From contig JAIVFI010000029.1 in assembly GCA_025558095.1 (NCBI GenBank), positions 310,001 through 374,000 on the forward strand: DNA of 64,000 bases. Reading direction: 5' to 3'. A program made the position numbers and the translations under genes. This document shows positions 11,187 to 24,605 of the stretch, piece after piece. The stretch comes from Hyaloraphidium curvatum SAG 235-1 (lineage: Eukaryota; Fungi; Monoblepharomycota). The notes beneath the pieces are model-generated. The model was not told where the DNA came from. It was given only the letters and a program-made list of their open reading frames with translations, and ran no database searches. Every line of letters starts with the position of its first letter. Position 1 is the first letter of the stretch.

Positions 11187-14100
11187 TTATGGGCGTGATT
11201 TGAATAAAAGCGGTATCTTTCTGGGGAAGAGGCCGCCTCCAGGTAGATTAGCAGCAAAAATGGGTGCACTGTCCTCTCCATCACCCAGAAACACCTGTCT
11301 CTGCGCAGGAGTGAATGTAGCCCAGTCCTCTCTCTGGGCAAGATACGGCTGCAGCAATTCCGGCCTGATGCGGCCCAAGATGCCTTCTGAGAGCACAGTC
11401 TGGAGAGAATCAGGGGTGACCACAAAGAGATTGGAGAGTTCTCGCAGCAGTGCCAGCTTTTCCGTGACAACAGGGGAGTTCCAACTTGACAGAACGTCAG
11501 AGTACTGTGCAAGATCCCTGCAAACAGAAATAATCAAATGGTGTCTCCAGGACCAGTATCTGACTGGCTCACTTTGTAAGCACAAGTGCTCCAGCAAAGC
11601 TGATTTGAAACTTTTGAAAATGGTCCAGAAAAAGCCTGACGACGAGAGGTTACCTTTCCACCAGCAGAATGCTATCTCATGATCCTACCCAAAGATTTGT
11701 AACCCCAACTCAGTCAGCCCAGGGCCCAAGCTAGTCTCTGGCAGTGCCTGAGCAAGACTCTCCTGCACTTGTCGCAGGTAGCTCACAACAAGCATGCAAG
11801 TCGAAGTGACCCTGTTGGATGCAGCATCATCACTGCGAGGCTGAAAATCCTCCCTTCGTTGCCTGGAAAGCAGCTGTGCAACTCTCTGGCACACGGCCTC
11901 AATCTGCCGCGTAAGCAGAACATCGGCCGTTTTTGCAATGTTTGCCAGCGTAGCCATCTTTGCCAGCATAGCTTCATGCTGAACAGCACTTGCACCAGTC
12001 AAAAGTGGTGCCTGTCGAAGTGAGAGCCATGCATTAGCCAGAGCAACGAAACTCACGACTTGATGCTGGTGATGCATATCCACCAATTGGAAGCATTCAG
12101 CCACCTGCTGGAGCAAGCTCAAGCTCCGCAAATCGGGTTCTGCCCTCATGGATATTGCCTGGGCCGACCTTCCGGTTGCTCTGCAAGGAAATAGTGAGCT
12201 GACGTTTCCAGAAAGGGTTGGCAAGGATCACCTTTCCAGTTCGGCAACCAGCATGTGGTCAACATCGTCAACAAGCACCTGAAACAGCTTTCCAATACTC
12301 TTGGGTCTAGCACAAGAAAGTCAGTGAATTCACAAGGAAGAGCAAATGACCCACAGTTGACTGGAGTTGACCAAAAGCGTGCATCGCTCCACAGATTCCA
12401 CATGCAATGCCAGCATACGCAACGTTGATTCGGGGAGCGAGTTTGAGGCGGTCACAGTTTCATCATGATCCTGTAGTAACGCAGTGAGCTGGCCGACATA
12501 ATCAGCCAATCTTGTCACTACACCCACAGCGAACTCTCTGAAGGCTTCCGTCAAATAAGCAACCTCCCGCTCCAGGTAGCGATTGTCGTCAAGGTACGGA
12601 ACAAATAAATCCTCCGAGCACTGCTTGACCAGCTGAATCAGAGCAGAGGAGCTTGACGGCGTGATTTCAAGCGTCTTGATGAAACGCTCCAGGTTTGCGA
12701 CCAGCGCCTGCGTGGCCTCGAACGAAGATGCCAGAGACTTCAAAAACGACCGTGCCGAAGCAGATGACGCAAGCACAGCTTCCAGGTGCTCTTGAATCTG
12801 GCGGGGAAATGTAAGGGAACGTCTCATTCGATGCCAGGAGAGCTGGTCCCACGGTCTGCGCAAATATGCGCTGTAGCAGAGCCGTCACCACAGGAATGGG
12901 GTCCGGAAACACAGTCGCGATGACGTCAAACTCGTGCACAAAGATCTGCTCCACCTCGTCGTAAAGATCCGAGCTGGTCAACCTCGAATCATCAACGGCA
13001 ATCGATGTGCGGGGTCGCGAGAGGACCCTACATTGGGATTCCGAGGTTCTGGCCGGCGCTAGAGGAAATGTCGATTGGTTCAAACTGGTCCGCGAGGTTG
13101 GCCAGTTAGCTTACTGTTCTCGGAAAAACTCATGCTGGGATACGTAAGCTTGGACACATGAGTTGCCGCTGTTCAAGGCAATCAAGGTGCGTGCACAGCT
13201 CTGGGAAACGTTCGCAACAGATCCAGCGACAGTGGATGCCACTTACAGCCATGGCAGCAATGTCGCCGATGCGGTAAGCGCGCTCAAAAGCGTCCAACCC
13301 AAAGCGTTCCATGCGCTCGTGGTACCGTTCCAAAGTGGATTTCGCCTAGCATAATCGAAGTCATGATCTGGATGTCATTCGCCCCAGTCAGAAGCAGCTC
13401 ACGACGTCCATGTCGCCAACATCCAGCTCGCGGCTCAGCACTGTCAGACGTCGCACAAGGAGCGCCACCTAGACCACAGAGGCATTGCGGGTTCAGCGTG
13501 TCGAGGTCCGTGCCTCGGTGCAAACACTTGCCTCTTTTTCGCCATTCGGCCCCGAAGGTCGTAAGGACTCCACGCGATCCACGTCTCCGTTCTCTGCCTC
13601 CTCAAACACGTTGACCACGTCTTGGAGTTCCTGTGCCCGAAGCCGCGTCCTGTCCAGTGATTCCAGCTGCTCGCCTGTCACGGGAGAGCGTTTGTGGCCA
13701 ATTTGGAGCCCAGCAGCGCGGTCCTGACCGATGCGAATCGCCGCATTGCTGACTTCATTCAGACGGTTGTCTAGCTCTTCAAAAAGTCGAAAGAATTCCT
13801 GTTGGGGGGTTGGCAGAACGCCCGCACAGCTTACGAGGCGATCTGTACCTGAACAGACCGCTGCTGTCGATCCACATCGGCAGAGTGTATCGTCGATTCC
13901 GATCTAACCTGTCCCTCGACCTTGCTGACGTGAGCGGACGCCGAACGGCGCTGGTTTTCCAGCTGCTCCGCAGCGCTCTCGAACGCCCGAATGAACGGCT
14001 TCGGGTTGAAGTCTGATCGCGACAGAAAGCCTCGGTTTCGCGATCCTTCGGGCAATGTGCTCTCATCCTACCCAGAGCGGTCTTCCTCGCCTGCGATACC

Positions 14101-14255
14101 AGGGGTCCAGATATCAATTCGACGACACGGTCAAGTTCCGTGTTCTGTAAAGTCCCCCATTAGGACGCGTCTGGCTGCCCATTCCGGCCGGACCCTGCCT
14201 CGAAGTTGCTGAGCTGCAGCTCCAGAGGCAATCCTAGCCCCGGCTGCTGGCTCAT
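11187..14255 (-). CDS. SEC10: Exocyst complex component Sec10 (multi-exon)
   Basis: FNPKPFIRAFE, IFVHEFDVIATVFPDP, DLFVPYL..YLERE, FLDHFQKFQIS..GALVLTKDL, ELSNLFVV..REDW. The start is inferred via a GC-AG first intron. Confidence 0.88.
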
Positions 14256-14352
14256 CTTCCCCGAGCGCGTCGTGAGCCGAATACGTGATCGATCGAGGAA
14301 GGTCCGTCTCAACCTGCGCGTCTCAACCGCCGCGCACGGGAGACCACTCCCC

Positions 14353-15986
14353 ATGCTGTCCAGTTACCTAGCCTCCCTGCCGGAATGGCAGGATCAAACG
14401 AGGCGTCGGGCGCTTCTCGGTGCTCTCCCATCCCTTTCCGTCAACGAAGGTGCCTTTCGGGACCGCATCACGTTCTGGCGGGGGGTCCTCATCGCGGGAC
14501 TCCGGCATGGCTACCTTGGCGAACGGACAGTGCTCACCGTGACTCCGGAGCTGCCACACAGCTTCCAGAGCAGAGAGGGGACCTCACCTCGTTGCTTGCC
14601 CGGAGTCCTGCGGCACTTGGTGGCCGAGAGCCGCCTCGTGGATGTGGACACTTACTTCTCCGACGGAACGTGGAAGCAATGGATGGCAGGGGCGTTGTCC
14701 CTGCCATTCCGGGTGTTGCGGTCTCTAGCACCAGGTTCTGCTGGAGAAGGTGCTTCTGACAGCGATGCGCTGCCGCTCGGTCGTTACGTGGCCATTGACG
14801 TCGCGAAGGTGACTTTTCCCGGTCCCCACGCCATGCCGTCACTTATGCCCATCTAGGACCTTGCGCAAAGCGTTACTCGAGCACGGACGAGCTCGAGCTC
14901 TAATCCGACAAACGCAGTCGTTTCCCTGGAGGAGTTCCGCAAGTTGGTGGAAGCAGGCTTACCTCCGGGGGCAGACGGAATGTCGTCAGTTGACTTGGCC
15001 GTGGTTCTGCATACACTGATTCGCATGGGCGCCATCGCGGTGGATGGATTGCACATCGGACCAGACGGAGCCTGGCCCGTTTCGGAAACTGGGGTGAGCC
15101 AGGCCACGTCCCATGCGGACCCGGCTAACGATCGGGCCAGCTTGTCAAGTTTCTGGACAGTGAGGGTGCCAGAGGGGCACCTGCAGCCGTATCGGAGCTT
15201 GACAAGGACATCCTGCGCATTCGCACGACCTTGTCGAAGCTTCAAGATCAGCTGGACCTGTTGCAGGAGCGTGTGCGAAGGTGCGCACGACGACTGGTCA
15301 TTGAATCCTGAGTTGACTGCTTTGATTTGCAGTCTTGAAACCGAGGCAAAGGAGAGACTTCGAACGAAAGAGAAAGCGCGGGCGATTGCATCCCTGAAGC
15401 AAAAGGCGCTAGTCAGCACCATGCTCTCGAAGAGTCTGGAGTCGCAAAATCTGTTGCTCACCGTGCTGCACAAGATTGAGATGGCTCGCCAAGATGCAGA
15501 GGCAAGCCCGTCCAATGCCGAATCCTCGCCGTTCTCATCGAGTGCATCCGCGTGCAGATGTCAGGTGCCATCGAGGCTGGCAGCAGGGGGCTCAGATCAT
15601 TGGTCGGAAAGGAGCGGGTGGAGGAGGCTCAGCGCGTTATGGATGAGTGGGAGGATGTTCTGGCTGACCAGGAAGAGCTCAATGCCGTTCTCGAGCCAGC
15701 AAACACCAACGAGTCTATGGAGGACGAAGAACTGGAGCTGGAACTCGAGAAGCTGGCGCAGCAGGAAGCAGTGCCCCCGCTGCCAACCTCGCCTGTTCGT
15801 GCTGCGGAGAGCACGACGGAAGCAGACTTGGAGGCGGAGCTCAGCAAGCTTGCGATTGGGGAATCGGGGACCCCTGGTCAAAAGCCGACTCTCGCCGACA
15901 TGCCGGACGTTGCTTCGTTGCGCGACCCATTGCCGAGCAGCAACAAGGTGCCTGCGACTGCGGAGGTTTCAATCGGAGTGACATAG
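14353..15986 (+). CDS. CHMP7: CHMP7/Cmp7-like ESCRT-II/III hybrid protein (multi-exon)
   Basis: N-terminal LLGALPSLSVNEGAFRDRITFWRGVL..TSPRCL; C-terminal Snf7 helical region (ERVEEAQRVMDE, DEELELELEKL). Confidence 0.8.
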
Positions 15987-16206
15987 CATTGTGTAACATC
16001 TGCATATGGTATCGTCCGTGCCCATGTACCTTGCCAGCAGCTCCTTCCACGCTCACGAGCCCCTCTGGCACATCCAACGGACCGCGTCCAGTCAGTGCAC
16101 AGCTCCTCCTTGATCAGGGCAAGCGAGACGTTGGACCCGCCCGTCTGCCCGCCGCGGTGCTCATCGTGCTACTCAGCCTTTCGACGCGCACGTGTCAGTA
16201 GGCTGC

Positions 16207-17603
16207 CTATATTGACTTTGTGGGTATCTGCGGAAAACATCGCGTCAGCGCAATACTGGCATGCGCAGCGAAGTGTTCTAGTCACGTAGTAGGTCAACGA
16301 TCCATAATTTTCCTCCCCCATTTGATCGCTCCCGATGTAGACCTGTGGATGATATCAGCGTTTGGCCTACCGCAGCCCAAGGCGACGCACATAAAAGACC
16401 AGAGCATGGTTCTCAATTATGCCTGATTGAGGCAAATAAGTCGACGATCGAATCGACGCACGGATGCGCTTGTGCAAAAGGTACCCACAGCACACGACGC
16501 TGGTAGGATTGACAATGTGCGACCCGACAAACTTGGAGAGATCGCGGCAGTCGACAGTAACCTTGGCAAACTCGTCCGGGTCTCGGTTGTAGCTGGCTTG
16601 CTGCGAGACGTCGATTTGCGTCGCGTCTAGCAATGCATGAGCCGGCGGCGCTACCTTCTGGGCAAGAGACCCTACCGAGCTTGGGATTGTTTAGGTCGCT
16701 GTATGCAGTTTCCACCTGCAGGATGTCGGATTCAACTTGCAGCCGCAATTGACCTTTCATGTTGCCGGCGACGGAAACGTGACTGCTCAGCGCCTTCAGG
16801 CGGTCGACCACGTTTCTGAAGCTGCCCAGCGAGGGGGTGTATATGTGGACCTGGCAAGAGAGGTCCCTAAATCTCCACTCCGTGACACATCGACGGTCGG
16901 AAGCACCTGAGGTTCCGGCACCATGGGCTCCCGATATTCTTCGGCCTGCTGCGACGTCAAGACCCTGACCGGAACATCTTGCGTCGTTGCCACCCGACCG
17001 CCGGACGGCCGACTCTTGTGTCGCAACGGAATGTCGTGAGTGTTGGCGCCTCCATCGCGCGGCGGCGCATACCGAAGTGATGATCTGGAACGACAATGAT
17101 GGAAGATTGTCCTTCTTGGTCAGCTTGCAAACGGCCTCCACAGCTGATTGAGTGGATTTCAAGGCCCTGGACAGCGCGTCGGGCGAGAGCTCCAGCCAGA
17201 TCTGAGGCCGGCGTCGGTCAGGCAGGTTCATGCGGAGAACCCGGTCCGCCCACCTCGTTGTTGTTCAGGCTCTCGATGCGCAGGTCCTCAAACATCGTTT
17301 TCTGCAATCGAAAGTACAACGGCTCGACTGGACGTCCCAACGTTGCTTGACGGCACAGGCCGCAACCCACCATCTCGATGTTGCCCCACACCTGCACATT
17401 GGAGTCCCCGCTCAGGTTGGCGACGATGAAGTGGGCATGCTCGTTCGTGAGTTTGAGTATGCATCGTTTGCAGAGTTTGTCGACACTCTGGACCATGCCT
17501 TGCGGGTCGACGCCGTGAGACGGCCCGCAACGGAAAGCGTCGAGAGCGCGAGCGACGCACGATGGAAGAGCCCGGAATTCACAAGTTTGCCGCGGAATCG
17601 CAT
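16207..17603 (-). CDS. HUS1: 9-1-1 checkpoint clamp subunit Hus1 (multi-exon)
   Basis: MRFRGKL, LKLT..FIV..QVW, FEDLRIESLNNNE, KLTKKD, TQDVPVRVL, VVDRLK, final LTYY|IP. Confidence 0.9.
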
Positions 17604-17732
17604 CGTGAACGACTCGAGCAGCTCGCGAGTGTCAGGACTCCCCCAAGATGCACGAGCAACGGGGAGGGACGGGAGTACCACAGCACCTCTGAGCGGGGCG
17701 TCATCAATGGGTATCGCACACTCCCCTATCCG

Positions 17733-18969
17733 CTACTGGTTCGTGTCCATCTCCTGCGGCTCATCGCCGGCTGGTTGTTCCGCGTTCCCGCCATCCCCAG
17801 TGTTAGCCGCGGGTTCCACCTCCATCTCGCCACCTACACCCGCTCCTGAGCCGGCGCCTCCGCCGCCTCCCGTGGAACGCTCCGGTCGCGCTTCAAGCAT
17901 ATCAAGGTAGCGCTGCAGCGCATCGCCCTCGATGATGGTAAACGGGTGATCTTTGCCGACAACACCGACGGACGTGTTCAGGTTGTTCAGCTCCTTGTCG
18001 TTCTGGATGGTTTCCCGCAGCGCGTAGAGACCGTGCTTAATGAGAGCATCCAAATCGCCTGCATCCACCGGGGCAATGGTCAGGGACTTGTCCGCCGTCC
18101 ACGATACTCCTCCACTACTCACAGTCTGCGAACGATTCGTAGTGCTTCTCGAGGTACGTCTTTGCCGACTGAGATCTAGACCCGATCGACATGGCGATAT
18201 AGTCGAAAAAGTTGCCCGACGGAGCGCACTCGTAGAGGTGCGGTCCCGTGTCCTGTACGTAGCGATCACCACGTAAGCTAGTTGTCGCGGCAAGCGAGCG
18301 GACAGAACCCACATCGTGCCCAACGACGAGAAGACCAACGCCGTACGGACGGCGGCCGTATCTTTGTGTGTTGGTTTGGGCCCCTGCGGCACCCGTGAGT
18401 CCAAGCGGGAGGAGCCATTTGGACGGGCGCGCTCACTGTCGCCTATTTGGCTGACAATGCGTGCGACCGGGAGCGGTCTGCCGAATGTCATCTTCTCCTT
18501 CATCGCCTCGCCGCGCATGTAGTTGGAGAGCACGCGCGCGTCCGACGTGAGCCCGGCAATGGCGATCCCCATGTGGTCATCGATCCGAATGAGCTTCTTC
18601 TGGTACGAAGCCAGCTCATTCGCAGATCGCTGAGTACAGGAGCAAACCCGCGGAAGGATGGAGGAACCGCGTCAGAGAGCCTCCCAATCGCGAGATCTGG
18701 CAGCCCACCTTGACCGCGAGGAGGACCGCGTGGGTCTTGCTCCTCAAGCCTACGCAGGCCGAACCCTGCTTCACCGCCTCCATCGCGTACTCGATCTGGA
18801 AGATCCGGCCCTGCGGCGACCAGACCGTGATGTCCGAATCATACTGGTTGCGGAACTGTAGCAGGCAGGGTGCGATGGGCAGGAAGCGTCAGGAGTCCGT
18901 TCTGGAATAAGACGCGTCCATAGCAGGGCCCAAGGGCCTGCTGACGCTCCGCCGTATCTTCCGCACCAT
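17733..18969 (-). CDS. PRE5: 20S proteasome subunit alpha-6 (multi-exon)
   Basis: M|[58 protein letters not shown]. Confidence 0.96.
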
Positions 18970-19058
18970 TTTGGAGGCAGAAACGCGTCCTCGCGACGGG
19001 GGTGTCGTTCCGGCGCGCTGAGACGCCGAGACGCGGTTGGGCGCGCGACGCAACGACG

Positions 19059-19859
19059 ATGTCTGGGACTCCGCGGACCAGCAAGGCGGTAGTTCGTATA
19101 ATTCCGGTTGCAACTTTTGCCGTGTACCAACATCTTGCTGCTTGCTCGGCCAGGAGGCCCTCCTCGCGTCGATGGGGGTCGCAGACTACGAGCCTCGGGT
19201 CGTGCAACAGCTCTTGGAGTACGGCTACCGTGCGTCTCCAGTCTCTTAGAGCCGAACCTCTTCTGATGAAAGCGGCTTCAGGCTACGCTACCGAGATTCT
19301 CCAGGATTCCAACGCCTTTGCGGAGCACGCCTCGCGATCATTTGTCCAGGCGGCAGATGTCCGCCTCGCGATCGAGTCGCGAGCACCGCAATTTCTTTCC
19401 GGACCCCCGACTCGCGATGTGGGATCTTCGCCTTCACGTCTGGTGGCGCTGCTGACTGCCGAATGCAGTTCCTGGCTGAGCTCGCTGAGCGTCGGAATGC
19501 TGTTCCCCTTCCTCCTGTAAAGGAGACCTACGGGATCCGTCTTCCGGCCGATCGCTACACGCTGACTGGCGTGAACTTTCAAGTTGTGCCGCAGGTTGGT
19601 TCTGTTTGACTACCGACGCCAACGGCCATTAATGCAACTCACTCAGATTGTCGGGAAGCGCCGGCGCGAGGACGAGAGTGGTCCCGGACTGGAGGCGCAG
19701 ATGGCTACTTTGCAGGGGGAGTTGATGGCAGCTGCTGCGAGTGCGCAGCCCACGGGTCCCGCGACTGCACCTCAGGCGCCGGTGTCTGCGTTCCCTCCGG
19801 CAGCCATCATTCGCGCACCACAACCAGCCGCAGGCGCCGACGAGGACGAATACGATTGA
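19059..19859 (+). CDS. TAF9: TFIID/SAGA subunit TAF9 (multi-exon)
   Basis: TPRTSKAV|EALLASMGVADYEPRVVQQLLEYGYR, DVRLAIESR, PPTRD, RNAVPLP, GIRLPADRYTLT. Confidence 0.93.
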
Positions 19860-19959
19860 AATAGGTACTCCTTTTCACAAGATGTTATACCCAAGATCCT
19901 GCGTCTCACATAGAGGTCAACGAACCAATTGGAGGAACAACACAAGATTGTCCGCTGGA

Positions 19960-22154
19960 TCAGGATGCGTTGAGCCCTGAACGGACATCCACGCGGGAGA
20001 TCGGCTCACCTCGTTTTGTGTGGAGCGGGTACTGCCTCAGGCTAGAACGCTCCGTGGAGCTGCCCAGACCATTTGCGCCTGTCCCATTCTTGGCAACCAC
20101 GCCGGCATCTGCATGTTTAGAAGCCACAACAAGGGCCGATGACGGAGTCTCCTGGGCCTCTCCGTGGTCATCCATATCGAGGCTCTTGACCCCGGCTGTG
20201 ATGCGCTTCACGGGGGCATTCGACGCTTTGCCGTCCGTCAGAAGCTTGCCGGCCGGCAGGGTCCGCTTCATCCGCGTAATGACCTCGACGTAATCGGCTA
20301 TCGGAATCCCGCAACCATAAGTGGAACCGACCTTCAGAGGCATCGCACGCTTACCTTGCGACATGCTCCTCGCGGGAAGGAAGACGGGGTATCCGTCCAC
20401 GCTGTCTTGGAGCTTGATGATGCGCGAGTGCCAAGACAAAGCGCTGGTCCAGTCGGTAAGGAGCATCAAATTGATGCCAATGGCGTACCACGCCTCCACC
20501 AGCAAGGGGTGGTAGGTTCCAAGAGACAGGAGGTTCTTGGCGGCGCTGTGGAGGTCCGCATCCTTCAGCGCGTTCCTCAAAGTCGCAAGCGAAGACGCGG
20601 AAGACAAGTTCGCATCTTTGGCCCCCGACGCGTCCTTTGCGGAGGATCCGTAGAGAACAGAGTTGAGGTTGACGGTCCTCAGAAACTCCTCCATCTCGGC
20701 AATCGTAGACAGGGGGGACGAAGCCTCGCTGTCCGCGACGTCTTCCGCCTCATCCGCATCCCCTTGCGGCACAACGGACTTGTGACCTTGCTGAATCGGC
20801 CCGCCTTCAAAAAGCGTCGGGTTCGGGAAGAACTCGAGGAACTTTTCGTAATCCCTGATGCTCTTGCGGGCCAAGGAAGCGACTTGCGCTACCACTGGCT
20901 CCACGGCCGGTCGGTAGGATTCCAAAGGTGCCTGAAGAACGTCGGGGGAAACAAAGGCCTGGGGCGTTTTGCCGCCTTTGCCTTTCTCGCCCGAGCGGTC
21001 CGCGACGCCCTCGACGGCCGGGGACTGCTGCGTGGTCCTTTCCTTCGCCTTCGCTGCCGCCGCCTTGATGTTCACCGATTGGATAGCCCGATCCAGCAGG
21101 CTGATTGCGTACTGATGGTAGCACGCCCCGCGGAGGAAGTAGAGCTGAGCCTCGCTGCACTCGTCCAAATCCTCCCATTTTCCTGAAACGGAGCCGTCTC
21201 CGAGATGATGGTGTTTCTTCAAGCCATCGCCAGGGAGCTTCTCGCAATCCGGGCTGGGCCCCAGCCGCCTCCGTTTCTTGGCAATCATGATGGCAGTCTT
21301 GAAGTCCTTGAGGCTCGCCGGAAACTCCTCGCGAAACCCATGGATCATCGCTCGCGTCCTGTGGTATTCCGCGACGCCGGGTCTTTGGCTGATGATCTTG
21401 TCGAGCGCCTCGGTCGTCGTCGACGCAGCAAGCATCCGCGACGGAATCTTCTCGTGGAAAAAGTGGACGTACAGCGCGTCCAGGTTCTGAGGCGAACGCT
21501 TCAAGACCTGGCAGAGAAGGATGAGCTCGGGCATCACACATCAGGCTCCGACTCCAATCGAACCTTGCTCGCCACGTCGTCCAAGGCACTGGCCCCCTGC
21601 ATGGTCAGCACACTGGTGGCCACCTCGTCGATCCGATAAGCTCTCGCGAGCTTCTGAACGGCAAGTTCGCGGAAGCGGTGTTGCCGCAGCCCGGATACGC
21701 GGGAGCCGGACCCGTGGCTGCTCCCTCCTCCGCTTCCCAGAGTTCCCCCTCCGGAGGAGATGCCCAAAGGATTTGAAGACGCTCCACCTCCAGCTGCCTT
21801 GATCACCTGCAGCAGAGGAGTTGGTCTCAAATGAAGGACGCGCGGTTGCCGCGGCAAGCCCCCACCAGCTCTGACGCGTCGTCCACCAGCTTCCGAATAG
21901 CGACGAGGCTCTTGAAGATGACGGGATCCAAGGGAGGTGCAGCCGATTGAGCCGGTGTCTTTGCCACCTGCGTCGTAACAGCGGCTTCGGGCGGTCGCCG
22001 TTTGTGAACAACCGCGGTTTCGGCGGCGGCGGTTTCCCCAGTTGGAGAATGGGAGTGGAGAGTCGACGACGGTCCTTCCGCCCGAGCCGGAGCAGCCGTC
22101 TCGGCGTTGAGCAGTAGAAGCGAGTGCAGTAGATCGATTGGCAGCGACAGCCAT
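19960..22154 (-). CDS. Conserved fungal TPR-like protein of unknown function; start uncertain
   Basis: Long ORFs 19960..21537 and 21534..22154 joined by a GT-AG intron; YRIDEVATSVLTMQ, YVHFFHEKIPSR, TPR-like helices, GYPVFLPARS. Confidence 0.65.
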
Positions 22155-22540
22155 GGCCCGTGGTACGATGCTGCGAGGGTTGCCGTCAGAGCCTGGGACG
22201 GAACAAGCTCTCCTCAGGAAGAGCCACGACCGAGCGCACCGATGAAAGGGAGATGTTTATGCCGCCCAATCATGATCTGCCCCGGAGCATGGGACGCTGC
22301 CCCTCCAGCGGCAGTCATCGTTGGGGAAAAGGGGCCGCAGGCACCAAGTATGACCTGGCCCCCCTTCGGAGAACAACGATGCCGTCCTCCGCAGTGTCCA
22401 ATGAAGCCGGCAAAACGGATGCGGGGCTCTGAAGACCTTCTACCGCCCGGATAAGGACGGCAGGTGGGCCGGGTTTCAACCGTCAACGTGAGTTGCCAGC
22501 GCCGCGCCCAACAAACTTCCTCCCTCCCCCACCCATCCCT

Positions 22541-24563
22541 ATGGCGGACGAACCGCAGGCGCCCAAGCACCATGGGCGACGGGTGCCCAAACCCGACTCG
22601 GTTCGTCGCTGACCACGCGGCTCGGCGCTCTACGCGGCTTCAATTCATTCCCTCGCGTTTCCTTCCCCGCAATCCAACGCGCAGGACGCGCACAATGCCG
22701 CTGTCGCGGCCACTAATGGCCGCATCGAGGAGCTGCGTGGACGTCTGGTGCGATTCCCGCGCTCCTTGACGCTCTGGCGGTTGCTGAAGGTGCTCCCGGG
22801 TGCAGAACCAAATCCGCGAAACGCTCGGCGGAACGGACCGAATCAAGGGGAAGCACGATGGGAAGAGGTCGGAGCTGCGCTCCCAACTTGCCGAGGTTCG
22901 GCGTCAGCAGAATGCCCTGCGGGATAGGTCGGTCGTCGTCGCGGGCGACGGAGCCGTCCCTCCCTGAACCCCAGCCCCTTGGTTCAGCCGCAACGGCATC
23001 ATGGAGCAGCTGAAGGATGTGGGAAACACAATCAAGAAGAAGGTGCTGCGCACGATCGGCCGCATCGTGCAGCTGCATGCTGACCGTCGATCCGACAGAC
23101 TGACGAGATCCGGAGCGTCCGGGACAAGCTCCAGTTCAAGAGCCTGTCCGAAATCGACCGGCAAATCAAGCAGCTTGAGCAGCAGCTCGAGAGTGGAAAC
23201 ATTCTTCTGATCGAGGAGAAGCGCATCATCAACGAGATTTCGAACCTGAAGAAGTCTCGCAAGATCGTGGAGAACTTTGCCGGGCAGCAGGAGACACTGG
23301 ACTCGGAGAAGAAAACCGCCGATGCCCTGCGGTATGTGGCGTGGCGGGCCGTTGGCAGCTTCGCCGTCCGATCACTCCTCCGACTCGACCAGGACGCAAC
23401 TAGACGCCCTTGATCCCCAGCGCAAGGCCCTCGAGGCCTCCTTCACCGAAATTCAGGGCCAGCTGAACGAGCTCGACAAGGAGAAGGACACGGACTTCGC
23501 GAAGCTCAACGACATCTACGCAGAGCGCAGCCGGATACAGGAGGAGATCCAGGCGGAGTTCAACAAGCGGAAGGAGCTGCAGGATGGGTTCAGGAAGCAG
23601 AAGGAAGAGTGGGTTAACCTGCGACGCTGCATGGCAGGAAACCTCATCACGTTTCGCAGCTATTTCAAGTTCCTGCAGGAGGAGCGAGAGAGGCGTGCAG
23701 AGGAGGCGAGGCTGCGAAAGCAGCAGTACGACGAGGAGCGCCTCAGGAACGAGATTGCCAAGGTCGAAGAGATGGTCCAGGTTCCAGCCTTCCAGGACGA
23801 GGTTCGCGCTCCGCTGTGTCTGAAGTGTGGGAGACCTAATTTCTCAACCCTGGCAGCTCAACATCGTGTCCAACCTCATCAGTAAGCGGCATTCAACCTC
23901 ATGTTCAGCATTCTTGCTCACTTAATTGCGCAGCCTTCTTTACCCAGCTGCAGGGCGATCAGAAGCCGGCCGCGGAAGCTGTTGTGAACGGCTCGGCCGC
24001 CGCCGCGGCTCCCGCTGCGGCGCCAGAGAAGATGGTTGCTCTCAAGAGCAAGTCCAGCAGGCTGGACGAAGACGCTTTTTTTATGGGCAAGTCTTCCAAA
24101 GGGAAGGCTGCCACGTCTGCGGCAACGCCGAAGAAGGGCGGCAAGCCCAAGGCTCTCAAACTTGATCTGAGCATCTTGGAAGCGCTCGACAAGATCAAGG
24201 TGGACGTGCCCGTGTCTCAAGATGATATTGCATACACCATTCAGGCGTTGGAGGGCAAGAAGCAGCACTAGTGAGGCCTTCCTTCCCCTCCGAAACGTCG
24301 CAGGTTTCTAACTTCGGTTCTCAGCATCGACAACCAGGACGCGGAGACCCAGCGGATAAAGGTTTGGCTCCCCGCTGCCGTTTCGGAGTTTGTGGCACTA
24401 AGGTTTACCTCGCAAGACACTAACCGAGGAAAAGGTTGCTGCGCTCAAGGCCAAGCTGGGCAAGATGAGCGTCCAAGCGTCCGAGGAAGAGACAGCGGCT
24501 CCGGCAGAGACCACCAGCGAAGTTGTGGTTGCTGAAGCGGACGTGGCAACGGACGACGCCTAA
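22541..24563 (+). CDS. BFR1: Bfr1-like coiled-coil protein (multi-exon)
   Basis: EIDRQIKQLEQQLESG..LIEEKRIINEISNLKKSRK, PAFQDE, FFMGK..KK, LDKIKVDVP. Confidence 0.8.
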
Positions 24564-24605
24564 GCGTCGAAAACAAAACAATCAAGCTTCTGTTTCCTTG
24601 ATTCT

